From positions 192,001 through 256,000 of the forward strand of contig JBHLJY010000002.1 in assembly GCA_048887225.1 (NCBI GenBank): a stretch of 64,000 nucleotides of DNA, read 5' to 3'. Shown here piece after piece: positions 48,332-58,371 of the stretch. The stretch comes from Candidatus Hodarchaeota archaeon. GTDB lineage: Archaea > Asgardarchaeota > Lokiarchaeia > Sigyniarchaeales > SOKP01. The notes beneath the pieces are model-generated. The model made no database searches. It saw nothing but the letters and a program-made list of their open reading frames with translations, and was not told where the DNA came from. How positions within the stretch are numbered: the first letter of the stretch is position 1; each line of letters begins with the position of its first letter. A program made the translations under genes and the position numbers.

Positions 48332-50851
48332 TCACTTCTCTTTTTTAGCAGCATCTTTAATCATTCTGGCAATTTCATCAAGATCTTTTCTATCCTCTGC
48401 TTTTTGTATTTCTTCTAGTTTTTTTGCTTCTTTTTTTTTTGCATTTTCCAATTCTGTTTGTAGTTCTTGTTTTATTTTTATCATTTTTGCCATACTCCTG
48501 CTAAATTCTTTTGCCTCTCTTTTTATTAATTGTTCCTTTTCTTTTCCTTCTAATGTTATCTTTTCTCTTCTAGTTTCAATTAATTCTTTAACATCATCAG
48601 CTAAATCACCAATCTCTCCAATTATACTTCTAATTCTTCGGTCTTCTTCTTGCCTTCTCAATTTTTCCAAGCTTACTTGATTTTCTAACTCTTCATGAAT
48701 TCTCCGTAATTCAAGTTCTTCTTTCTTAGTTCTTTCCTCTAAGAGCTTAGTATTATTAATTTCTGTTTCAATATAATGAATATGGTTTTTCCAACCCATT
48801 TCTATAAATTGGCTTATAGCTTTGTTGAAAATTTCATATGCTTTATCAAACTTACCGAACTTAGCAGATTTTTTCCCTTCATCTATCAATCCTAAAGCTT
48901 GTTGTTTTAATTCTTCAGCAAATTGCCTTCTCTCTTCAAATTCTTCAAGTTCAGTTCTTCTTCTTTTTTCTTCCTTTTCATATTCTTCTGATCTCCTCTT
49001 AAGTTCTTGTTGGAATGCAATATATTCTTGTTCTCTTTCAAATTTTGCTTGCTCTTCCAATTTTCTTTTTTCAAGGAACATTGCTTTTTCATGCTGGAGA
49101 TCTTGAATAAGTCTATTTATATTATTAATTTCGGGTTCCCATCCAATATTTTCCTCCAAAATATTTCTTGCTTGGATGTGCAACGAAATTACACTATCAA
49201 AATTTGGTTCTTTTCCTTTAAGATAATTTCCTGCTTCTTCTAGTAATGAATAAGCTACCTCTCTAGCACTCATTTGTGCTTGAATTAATTTATTTCTCTC
49301 CTCCTCGGCCATTTGTTGAGCAATTTTTTCCGCCCTTTGTTGTTGTTTTCGTTCTTCGATTATCACTTTTAACCTTTTTTCCTCTTCTAAACCTTCTTGT
49401 TCGTGCTGGAGTTCTACAATAGCTTTTTTTCTCTGGTCTATACTTGATATTGTTTCTTGAAGTGTTGGAATATAAGATTCCCATCCAGATCCCATATTAC
49501 TGAGTTTATCCAATGCTTTTTTATATTCATTTATAGCATTATCGTAATTAGATTGTTGGACCAATTTATCAGCCTCATTTAAAATTGCATAAAATTCTTC
49601 TTCTTTTTGGAATTCATCATGACGCTTCTGCTCAAATTCTCTTCTCCTTAATTCTGATTCCTGGGTAGATTCTACAAATTCTTCCTTTTGTTTTGTTTGG
49701 ATCATTTTTTGGAGTTTAGTTAATTCTACCTCTCTTCTTTTCCTAATTTCTTCAGCATGTATTTCTCTTTCTTTTCTTTCCTTAATATGATTCACGGATT
49801 TAATAATCGGTTGAGTATAATCGTCCCATCCTATAGAATTAAGAAGATTTATTGACTCTTCAAAATATTGTAAAGCTTTATCATATCTTTTTTCTCTTTC
49901 CAACCTTTTTGCTGTATCAATTAATTTAAAGGCTTTATTTTGGAGTTCTTCTTCTTTTTTCTTTTTTTGTTCAAATTCAATAAGTTTCTGCTTTTTAATA
50001 TCTATTTCAGATTGAGGGAATGGTTGTTCTGCTAAGAGTTTTTCACCTATAGACATCGTAGCTTGGTCTTGTTGAACTTGAATAGTTACATAACTTTCCT
50101 GTTCTATCCTAAGTTTATCAACAATTAGTTGAATATCTTGTGTTTGTTGAGTCCAACCCAAAGAATTTAATAACTCAATGGCTTTTTGATAATTTGTTAT
50201 TGCCTCATCGTATTTTTTATCTTTTTCATAGATTTTTGCCGTCTCGAGAAAATCAAAGGCTTTATTTTGCATCTCTTTTTCTTGTTTTTTCTTTTCTTCG
50301 TATACTTTCAGTGCCATAATTTTTTTATCTAAAATTGGTTGAGCAGTGATTTCACTTACTTGAGGTTGAACTTGAGCCTGAATATCTGCTTTAACTCCCT
50401 TTCGGCTTTCATAAATTTCAGCAAGCAGCACAATTTTCGATTTTAAGTTTTCCAATTGGATTTCGGACCATCCTGATTGAGTTAATAGTTTTATGGCTGA
50501 TAAATAATTTTGAATTGCATTATGGAGATTACCAGATTCTTCATGAGCTTTTGCCTCATCTAATAAAATAAATGCTTGATCTTGTAATTGGTCAAGTTGC
50601 GCTTTCTGAATCTGAGCCTGGGAGTATTCATATGCTTTTTGTTGTTTTAAGTAGTTATTTATTTCGGTTGCTCTGGTATAGATATCTTGAATCCTATGGG
50701 TTAAGTAACCACTTTGTTGGAGAAATTCAGCAGCCTTCTGATAATTCTCAATTGCTTTGTACCATTCTTTTTTTTCCTCAAAATTTTCGGCGTTATCCAA
50801 TAATTCAATTGCTTTTTGTGCTAACTCCTCTTTCGAGAGCTTCCTTTGCAT
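48332..50851 (-). CDS. Protein of seven MIT/TPR-like three-helix repeats separated by charged coiled coils
   Basis: Repeated A-F-x-L-L-D-x-A...Y-D-x-A-I-x-x-Y-x-x-A-I-x-L-L-x-x-x-G-W; ATG 50851 preferred over GTG 50863. Confidence 0.75.
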   Translation of the reverse strand: MQRKLSKEELAQKAIELLDNAENFEEKKEWYKAIENYQKAAEFLQQSGYLTHRIQDIYTRATEINNYLKQQKAYEYSQAQIQKAQLDQLQDQAFILLDEAKAHEESGNLHNAIQNYLSAIKLLTQSGWSEIQLENLKSKIVLLAEIYESRKGVKADIQAQVQPQVSEITAQPILDKKIMALKVYEEKKKQEKEMQNKAFDFLETAKIYEKDKKYDEAITNYQKAIELLNSLGWTQQTQDIQLIVDKLRIEQESYVTIQVQQDQATMSIGEKLLAEQPFPQSEIDIKKQKLIEFEQKKKKEEELQNKAFKLIDTAKRLEREKRYDKALQYFEESINLLNSIGWDDYTQPIIKSVNHIKERKEREIHAEEIRKRREVELTKLQKMIQTKQKEEFVESTQESELRRREFEQKRHDEFQKEEEFYAILNEADKLVQQSNYDNAINEYKKALDKLSNMGSGWESYIPTLQETISSIDQRKKAIVELQHEQEGLEEEKRLKVIIEERKQQQRAEKIAQQMAEEERNKLIQAQMSAREVAYSLLEEAGNYLKGKEPNFDSVISLHIQARNILEENIGWEPEINNINRLIQDLQHEKAMFLEKRKLEEQAKFEREQEYIAFQQELKRRSEEYEKEEKRRRTELEEFEERRQFAEELKQQALGLIDEGKKSAKFGKFDKAYEIFNKAISQFIEMGWKNHIHYIETEINNTKLLEERTKKEELELRRIHEELENQVSLEKLRRQEEDRRIRSIIGEIGDLADDVKELIETRREKITLEGKEKEQLIKREAKEFSRSMAKMIKIKQELQTELENAKKKEAKKLEEIQKAEDRKDLDEIARMIKDAAKKEK

Positions 50852-51085
50852 AAAAATTAACACTTTTAATGGTAATAATGTTAAAAAACAATAATGTTAT
50901 TATTTCAACTTTAGTAACAACTAGTATGTAATTAAAGTTTTTATATTGTTATAATTATTTTAATTAAAATTAAGATATTTTAGAGAAATTTTAAAAATAT
51001 CTCTTTTGAAGCAGTTGTAGTCGGAGATATTGAAGATAAATTAATAAAATAAATTAAAAAGCTAGCTAAACTTTAATGAGAAGAG

Positions 51086-53011
51086 ATGGGAGACAAAAAT
51101 CCAATTATTATAGATTTTGAACCTATATCCAGAAGAGTCTATTATATTCCAAAGAAAACCATTTATGATTTATTAGCTAAGATAAACGTTCAAATTAGAA
51201 CTTTATGCGGGGGGGTGGGTACTTGTGGAAAATGTAAAATTATAGTACAAAAGGGTATTGAATATTTAAGTCCATCCACTGAAAACGAAAAAAATTTTTT
51301 GACAAGAGAAAAGTTTGAAAAAGGGTGGAGATTATCCTGCCAAACTTCTGTAAATGAGAAATTCATTAATAATTTAGAAAGGTCTGTAGCACCTCAATTT
51401 CGTATTCTTTTACCTGAGGAGTTACTACTTGAAGATTTTAAAATCCTTATATCAGGTATTAATAAGGGAGTAGAATTTAATCCTGCCATCAAAAAATTAT
51501 ATGTTGAAATAGAAAAACCTTCGTTAGAAAAACCAATTCCAGATTTAGAGAGAATTAAGAGATCAATAAAAAATCCAATTTATTTTAATTTTGATTTAAT
51601 GAATGTAATACCTAACATTTTAAGAGATAGCGATCATAAAATTACTCTAACTTTTTGGGATAACAATAGAATTATAGCTTGTGAACCTGGAAATACTATT
51701 AAAGAAAATTTCGGAATTGCCTTTGATATTGGGACTACAACAATTGTTGGATATTTAATCAATTTAAATAACGGAAAGATATATTCCATAGCTTCTAAGT
51801 TAAATCCTCAAACTGCATACGGCGAAGATGTTATTACTCGAATTACGTATATAAAAGATAATGAAGATGGTCTAGAAAAATTAAATTCTTTAGTCGTTGA
51901 AGCTTTAAACGATATTATTTTAAAAAATTGTGAGAGCGCAAAAATAGAGCCATCTCAGATTTATGAGGCAACAATTGTAGGAAACTCTGTCATGCATCAT
52001 ATATTCTTGGGATTAAATCCCGTTAATATTGGCTTGAGTCCTTATATCCCAATAGTTCAACATGGATTAAATATTAACTCAAAAAAGTTAAACTTGAATA
52101 TTTCAAGCCAAGGCAACATATATACTCTTCCAATTATCGCTGGATTTGTTGGAGCGGATACAATGGGAGTAATACTTTCATCACAGATAGATAAGGAGAA
52201 AGAGTTAACTTTAATAATTGATATCGGAACAAATGGCGAAATAATCTTGGGAAATAAAAAAATGTTAGCTACTGGTTCTTGTGCTGCCGGTTCTGCATTA
52301 GAAGGCGCTCACATTAGAGATGGAATGAGAGCAGCAGCAGGCGCAATAGATAGCATAAAAATAGATCCAAAAGATTTTAATGTCTCTTATACAACAATTA
52401 AAAATAAAAAACCAATTGGAATATGCGGATCTGGTTTAATAGACACCGTCGCAGAAATGTTAAAATCAAAAATTATTACTAGAAGCGGAACCTTTAATAA
52501 AGAATTTGTAAACCACGAGAGAATTATTAAAGGCGAAAATAATACTGAATTTGTTATTGCTAACAAAGAAGATAATAATTTAAATAAAGATATTAAAATC
52601 ACCCAAAAAGAGATTAGAGAAATACAAATGGCGAAAGCAGCCTTTTATTCGGGTATAAATGTAATATTAAAGTATTTAAATGTTAAATCAGAGATTAAGC
52701 AAGTATTTTTAGCAGGAGCATTTGGAAACTATATTAATAAAGAAAATGCGAAATTTATTGGAATGATACCTGATATTCCAAGTGATTTTATTTTTCAAAT
52801 TGGAAATGCTGCAGGAATTGGAGCTCAAAATTGCTTATTGAATAAAGAACTAAGGAAAAAAGCTGAAATATTATTAAAAAAAATAAAATATATCGAAATT
52901 GCAACAAAACAAGAATTTCAGAAGGAATACGCTGAAGCCATGTATTTCCCTCATATGAATCTTGAATATTTCCCTAGTTTAAAAGAATATTCAAAAATTC
53001 CAAAGAGGTAA
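51086..53011 (+). CDS. ASKHA/DUF4445 corrinoid-activation ATPase (RACo/AcsV-like) with N-terminal 2Fe-2S domain
   Basis: CGGVGTCGKC...RLSCQ, FDIGTTT, GEDVITR, GFVGAD, IDIGTNGE, GICGSG, LAGAFG, GNAA. Confidence 0.9.
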   Translation: MGDKNPIIIDFEPISRRVYYIPKKTIYDLLAKINVQIRTLCGGVGTCGKCKIIVQKGIEYLSPSTENEKNFLTREKFEKGWRLSCQTSVNEKFINNLERSVAPQFRILLPEELLLEDFKILISGINKGVEFNPAIKKLYVEIEKPSLEKPIPDLERIKRSIKNPIYFNFDLMNVIPNILRDSDHKITLTFWDNNRIIACEPGNTIKENFGIAFDIGTTTIVGYLINLNNGKIYSIASKLNPQTAYGEDVITRITYIKDNEDGLEKLNSLVVEALNDIILKNCESAKIEPSQIYEATIVGNSVMHHIFLGLNPVNIGLSPYIPIVQHGLNINSKKLNLNISSQGNIYTLPIIAGFVGADTMGVILSSQIDKEKELTLIIDIGTNGEIILGNKKMLATGSCAAGSALEGAHIRDGMRAAAGAIDSIKIDPKDFNVSYTTIKNKKPIGICGSGLIDTVAEMLKSKIITRSGTFNKEFVNHERIIKGENNTEFVIANKEDNNLNKDIKITQKEIREIQMAKAAFYSGINVILKYLNVKSEIKQVFLAGAFGNYINKENAKFIGMIPDIPSDFIFQIGNAAGIGAQNCLLNKELRKKAEILLKKIKYIEIATKQEFQKEYAEAMYFPHMNLEYFPSLKEYSKIPKR

Positions 53012-53187
53012 AATTACACCATTTTTACAACTTTCTTTTTGTAAAAATATTTAAAACATAACAATTATTAAAAATTGTTAATTAAGCATTTGTATTTAAA
53101 AATTAAATAAATTCTTAAATATCATTTACGATATTTATTTATATACAAATAAAAAAAATAAAACAATCATAAAAGAAGAGAAGCCTT

Positions 53188-53718
53188 ATGTCAAGTTTTA
53201 AATTAAAAGTACTTTTAACTGGCGCCGCAGCTGTTGGAAAAACGAGTCTAGTCCAGAGATTCATCAAAAACAGGTTTGCGGCAAATTATAAGCTGACAGT
53301 AGGCGTAGATATCTTAACTAAGGATGTTGAGTTCCGCCCTGGTGAAATAGCAACTCTTTCTATCTGGGATATAGGCGGGCAGCAAAGATTCGAGTTTATA
53401 CGCTCCACTTTCTATAAAGGTGCTGCTGGTGCATTATTAGTTTTTGATCTTACAAGAGAACAAACATATACAGAAACAAGAAAATGGTTAACGGAAATTA
53501 GGCAATTTGCAGGAGAAAATATTCCATTTGTATTTATTGGTAATAAATTAGATTTATTGGAAGATGTGGGGGAAGTTATCGATCGAGCTGAAGCTAAAGG
53601 GTATGCTGAAAATGAGGGTAGTATATATATCGAGACATCTGCCAAAACTGGAATTAATGTTGATGAGGCATTCACCGAACTTACACGCAGAATAATAGAC
53701 TCAAGAACTCAAGTGTAA
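53188..53718 (+). CDS. Rab-like small GTPase
   Basis: GAAAVGKTS, LTVGVD, WDIGGQQRF, FYKGAAG, GNKLD, ETSAK. Confidence 0.93.
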   Translation: MSSFKLKVLLTGAAAVGKTSLVQRFIKNRFAANYKLTVGVDILTKDVEFRPGEIATLSIWDIGGQQRFEFIRSTFYKGAAGALLVFDLTREQTYTETRKWLTEIRQFAGENIPFVFIGNKLDLLEDVGEVIDRAEAKGYAENEGSIYIETSAKTGINVDEAFTELTRRIIDSRTQV

Positions 53719-53859
53719 TTTATAAAATTGTCTTATTATTCATTCTAAATTCTTAAAATTGTTGATCTTCTTAGATATATTTTAAAAATAAGCTATTTTT
53801 ATCGAATTTTCTAATAATCATTCATATTCAATAAAAATTAACTTAAATAAGACCAATTT

Positions 53860-55287
53860 TTATCCCTCAATTTTATTATCAATAAATTCTTCCCAAAGAT
53901 CTTCATGAATTAAATTTATTGCATTAGCGAGATTCTCTTTATCAATAACCAATGATAAATTTAATTCTTCTGAGCTTTGTGATAAGGCTTTCACATGTAT
54001 ATCTTTTTTATCTAATGCTTTGAAAATTTTTGCTTTCGTCTTATTTTCTAAAATTTTTGAGCCAGTTATATTAATTATTGCAACGTTTTCAGATTTAATT
54101 TCAAAAAATTCTGTGAAATGAGACGATTTTCTTAAAGCATTTTCCGCCTTTTCTGCGTCTGTTTGTTTTACTACGAATGAAGTACTAATTTCTGAAGCAC
54201 TTTGTGACACTAGAGACACACTTATATTGTTTTTGCCCATGATTTTAAATATCTTTGCTAAAATTCCGGGCACATCAACCATAGATCCAGAAGTAATAGT
54301 AATTATGGTAGCATCTTCCATAGCAGATATTCCTTTTATCTCGTTCCTATCTGTATCCTCAGATATCATTGTAAAGTTGAAATTTTCTGCCGGTTTGTCA
54401 AAGTTTCGAATTTCTAATGGGATTTTATTCTTTTCTAGAGCCTCCAAACATTTAGGATGCAATACTTTTGCACCAAAATTTGCAATCTCTTTTGCTTCAG
54501 CGTAATCTATTTTCTTTATTAAAGATGATTTTGGGACGTAATTTGGATTGATTGCGAGTAAACCATCCACATCTTTCCATAGTATGACTTTAATATCTTT
54601 ATCTTTTCCTACTTCATATAAAGAATGTGCCAATATGGTTGCGGTGTAGTCAGAACCTCCTCGACCTAACGTAGTTATATAACCAATTTTATTTCTCCCA
54701 ATAAATCCCGTTATACAGAAAATGAATTCCTTATTTACATTCTCTAATAGTGGGATAATCTTATTTTTTACTCGATTGTTAGTTAAATCATATAAAGGAT
54801 AAGCGTTACCGAAATTATCATCTGTTATAATTATTTTGTTTGCAGGAATATAAACAGAATCTAAATTTTTACTATGAAGATATTCATTCAAGATATAAGT
54901 TGATAGGATTTCTCCAAAACTCGAAATATAATCAGCATAATAGGGTTCTAATCCAAATTCTTTGATGTCTTCAAAAACATCTTCTAGTTCGCTTAATTTT
55001 TCATCAACCCAATCTTTTGCTTTAATATAATGTGGAGAATCTTCTTGAAAGATTTCTTCAATTATATCAATATGTCTTTTTTCTATTATTGCCATATTTT
55101 TATCTATTTCTTTTTGCTTGGCAATGTTTTTCGCAGTATTTAATAATAAGTCTGTAATTCCATTCAAAGCTGAGGCAATGTAAATTTTTTTTTCATTTTC
55201 ATAGATCTTGGTAATCTCATAAATTTTACTAAACGATTTTTTATCAATTAAACAACTTCCGCCAAATTTCATTATGATGATGGTCAT
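53860..55287 (-). CDS. lysC: Aspartate kinase with two ACT domains
   Basis: MKFGGS, TGFIG, TTLGRGGSDYTA, WKDVDG, GAKVLHP. Confidence 0.93.
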   Translation of the reverse strand: MTIIIMKFGGSCLIDKKSFSKIYEITKIYENEKKIYIASALNGITDLLLNTAKNIAKQKEIDKNMAIIEKRHIDIIEEIFQEDSPHYIKAKDWVDEKLSELEDVFEDIKEFGLEPYYADYISSFGEILSTYILNEYLHSKNLDSVYIPANKIIITDDNFGNAYPLYDLTNNRVKNKIIPLLENVNKEFIFCITGFIGRNKIGYITTLGRGGSDYTATILAHSLYEVGKDKDIKVILWKDVDGLLAINPNYVPKSSLIKKIDYAEAKEIANFGAKVLHPKCLEALEKNKIPLEIRNFDKPAENFNFTMISEDTDRNEIKGISAMEDATIITITSGSMVDVPGILAKIFKIMGKNNISVSLVSQSASEISTSFVVKQTDAEKAENALRKSSHFTEFFEIKSENVAIINITGSKILENKTKAKIFKALDKKDIHVKALSQSSEELNLSLVIDKENLANAINLIHEDLWEEFIDNKIEG

Positions 55288-55408
55288 ATTTTTTACACCT
55301 ATGAAATAATCATTCTAGATATGGTTAAAGAGACAGTTTTATTAAACTTTTTTGGTAAGAAATGAATAGAGGGAAAATGTATTATTTTCCCATAACTTTC
55401 TAAATTTA

Positions 55409-56281
55409 ATGATCGATCTGCATCTGCATTCTAATAAATCAGATGGTTTAGATACACCTTCACAGTTAATTGATAAGGCTCAAAAACTTGATATCGGTGC
55501 AGTTGCATTAACTGACCATGATACTATTGATGGTGTTCAAGAATTTCTCTCATATGGAGAAGAAAAGGATATTATAGTTCTTTCAGGTATTGAAATATCT
55601 ATCAGACACGAGCCAGAAAGAGAAATAAAAGATATTCATATTATAGGTTTAAATATTGATTATAATTCTGCCGAATTAATTAAAACTCTTAAACTACAGA
55701 AGGAAGGGCGTTTAAAACAAAAAAAACAGATATGTGACAGACTTCGAGAAGAACAAGGATATAATATAACGTATGAAGAAGTTAAATCAATTGCTGGCAA
55801 TCACATTGTAGGACGGCCTCATATAGTTGAAATTATGAAAAAAAATAATCCAGATAAAATTAAAGGAAAAACAAACAATGATTTATTTAAAATGATAAGT
55901 TTAGGGGGCATCGCTTACGTGAATAGGGAGTTTGAGTTAAATTTTGAAGAATCAATAGAATTAATTAATGCAGCTGGAGGAGTTCCTGTTATAGCTCATC
56001 CAGGAGTATATAAAGTCTCTAATAGATCAAAATTTATTGAATTTTGTGTAAACGCTGGAATTAAAGGAATAGAAATAGAATATACTTATTCAAAAAATAG
56101 ACCTTTTTATAATACAGAAAATGCAAAATGGGCACAAGAATACTTTCCCGATTTTTATCGGAAACTTGCTAAACGATTTAATTTAACTAGATCAGGAGGT
56201 TCGGATTACCATGGAGGTAAAAAAGGTATAAAAATGGGTGATGCAAATGTTCCAGGTAAGTATTTAAAAAATTTTATTTAA
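55409..56281 (+). CDS. PHP-domain phosphoesterase (YciV/TrpH-like)
   Basis: DLHLHSNKSDG, TDHDT, GIEIS, GRPH, AHP, GGSDYHG. Confidence 0.9.
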   Translation: MIDLHLHSNKSDGLDTPSQLIDKAQKLDIGAVALTDHDTIDGVQEFLSYGEEKDIIVLSGIEISIRHEPEREIKDIHIIGLNIDYNSAELIKTLKLQKEGRLKQKKQICDRLREEQGYNITYEEVKSIAGNHIVGRPHIVEIMKKNNPDKIKGKTNNDLFKMISLGGIAYVNREFELNFEESIELINAAGGVPVIAHPGVYKVSNRSKFIEFCVNAGIKGIEIEYTYSKNRPFYNTENAKWAQEYFPDFYRKLAKRFNLTRSGGSDYHGGKKGIKMGDANVPGKYLKNFI

Positions 56282-56339
56282 TTTATATGTTTGATTAGAA
56301 TATGAATTAAGCTTTTCAGTTGAATAACAGCTTTATTCA

Positions 56340-58349
56340 TTATTCTAAATTATCTAATATTTCCTGAATCTCCTGAATTTGTTTATCTGTTTTTTTCTCT
56401 ATGATCATCAATTTCATTTTCTTTTCACTAAGCTCTTCAGCAGTAATTTCTCCAGATAGTTCTTGCATATCAAAATCCAAAGCCATTTCTTGAAGTTTTG
56501 CCTTTTTAATTTTAAGGTCCATTAAAGACTTCTCTATTTGTTTTTTGCTAGCTCCTTCTGGTACATCAATAGATGACTCTAGGGAGGATTCTTGAACTTC
56601 AGTTACGGAAACTTCCGAAACAGGAGGCAATGGTTTAATTGGTTTTTTAGGAAATATTGGTGGTTTCAATTTTATAGGTTTTTTAGGAATTATTGGTGGT
56701 TTCAATTTTATAGGTTTTTTAGGAATTGTAGGAGCTGTTAGTTTAGGAGGTTTTGATATAGAACTTGTTATTTTCTTTGGAGCAACAGGTGGTTTTACTT
56801 CATCAGGATTTATGACGTGACCAAAAGAAGAAGTTTTCAATTTTGCTTTAGCATCTTCTGGTACTTCCAGAATTTTCTTAGGGTTTTGTCTAATTATAAA
56901 ATCTTCTGGCTTTAATTTTATTCCCGTATGAGTCTTAGATATTGAGGATTTAATTAACTTTTTTTCTTCTTCCTCAGTTTTTTCTACTTCTACTTGTTTT
57001 TGTATTGTTGGCGGAGCTTTTTCAGTCTCCAGCGCTTTTAAAAACGATGGTTTCTCTACTATAATTTGTTCAGATGGTTTCATTGGTTCAATTTTTTGTG
57101 GAACCTCGGGTAGCGTAGGCTCTTTTGGAATTTCAAGCTCTTGAGGTGGTGGAGGCTCTGGCGCTTTTAGTATCTTTGGTTCTTCTAAAATTTCAGGCTC
57201 TTGAGGTGGTGGGAGTGGAGCTTCTACCGCTTTTGGTATTTTTGGTTCTTCTTTAATCTCAAATACTTGAGGTTCTTGAGGTAATTCTTCAGCTAATTCT
57301 GTGATTCCCGCACTACTCAATATTTCTTTTATTTTTTCTGCCTTCTCGTAGAATTCACGACCAAGTGAGTCGTCTCCTAATTCAATACATAAATCTGAAA
57401 TTTTTTGAAATAATAAAAGCGCTTTGTTGAATTCACGACTTTCAAGCGCTTTCATTGCATCTTCTGTAAATTTATCCCTTTGAAGTAAAGGTCTTAATAA
57501 TGGCGAAATTTCAGCACTCATCTCTAAAATATCTGCAATTATTTGAATCATTTTATCACGATTTTCTGGTTCTGTAGCAATCATGGAATATGTCTTTAAT
57601 CCTAAAATTTTTTCTATTTGGCCAGGTTTCAATGCATTACTTAAATCTTGTTTATTACCAATTACGGCAGTATGAGCATCTGGTGCTTCTTCTTTTATTA
57701 ATTCTAAGAAAAATTTGCTTTTTTCTACATTTTCAAGTGTAGAATCCGTAACTAAAAGTACAGCATCGCTCCCTTTCACGAAATTATTCCATAAATAACT
57801 AAACTGCTCCTGTCCCGCAAAATCCCATAAGTGAAAATGTAATTTTCCTATTTTTATTGTCACAATATCCCCTGTAATAGTAGGAACGTGTTTCATTGGA
57901 ATTTCTTCTGCCTTAATTAATTTTGTTATTGTTGTTTTACCAACTCCAGCAAATCCGACCAAAGATATTTTAGGTCTTAAATTACGATGAATTGAATCAA
58001 TTGTTGTATCGAATACACTGAAAGTCTTAGGATCAAATTTATGTTTTATAATATCCTCAAATAAGTTTAAAAATTCATTTTTACATTTTATTAACTCTTT
58101 TTGTATTGGATCAGCTCTGTCTGTTAAACCCGTAACAAATAGAAACATTAATTTTTCAGGAGTTCCAGTATAAGTTATCTTATATTTATAATAATCGTAA
58201 GAGTGAATGGATGTGGCATTATTTTTATTAAAATCGTCTTCCATTAATTTAACAACAAGCTTAGATAAAATATCTTGCTTAAGTGCTTTTCCAAAATGCC
58301 TGAAGTATAAGAGATCCTTACCTTTATAGATATATACTTGTCGTAATAT
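56340..58349 (-). CDS. Longin - Arf-like GTPase - helical - proline-rich - helical hairpin fusion (probable ATA start; track starts at 58244)
   Basis: In-frame upstream (M)LRQVYIYKGKDLLYFRHFG after an AGGTGGG SD; GFAGVGKTT, VPTI, WDFAGQE, NKQDLSNAL...IEKILGL. Confidence 0.82.
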   Translation of the reverse strand: MLRQVYIYKGKDLLYFRHFGKALKQDILSKLVVKLMEDDFNKNNATSIHSYDYYKYKITYTGTPEKLMFLFVTGLTDRADPIQKELIKCKNEFLNLFEDIIKHKFDPKTFSVFDTTIDSIHRNLRPKISLVGFAGVGKTTITKLIKAEEIPMKHVPTITGDIVTIKIGKLHFHLWDFAGQEQFSYLWNNFVKGSDAVLLVTDSTLENVEKSKFFLELIKEEAPDAHTAVIGNKQDLSNALKPGQIEKILGLKTYSMIATEPENRDKMIQIIADILEMSAEISPLLRPLLQRDKFTEDAMKALESREFNKALLLFQKISDLCIELGDDSLGREFYEKAEKIKEILSSAGITELAEELPQEPQVFEIKEEPKIPKAVEAPLPPPQEPEILEEPKILKAPEPPPPQELEIPKEPTLPEVPQKIEPMKPSEQIIVEKPSFLKALETEKAPPTIQKQVEVEKTEEEEKKLIKSSISKTHTGIKLKPEDFIIRQNPKKILEVPEDAKAKLKTSSFGHVINPDEVKPPVAPKKITSSISKPPKLTAPTIPKKPIKLKPPIIPKKPIKLKPPIFPKKPIKPLPPVSEVSVTEVQESSLESSIDVPEGASKKQIEKSLMDLKIKKAKLQEMALDFDMQELSGEITAEELSEKKMKLMIIEKKTDKQIQEIQEILDNLE
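56641..56732 (-). repeat. 36-bp coding tandem repeat, ~2.5 copies (IKLKPPI[I/F]PKKP)
   Basis: Units begin at 56641, 56677 and 56713 on the + strand; the first two differ at one base. Confidence 0.9.
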
Positions 58350-58371
58350 ATTAGTCCCACCTTTACTATTT

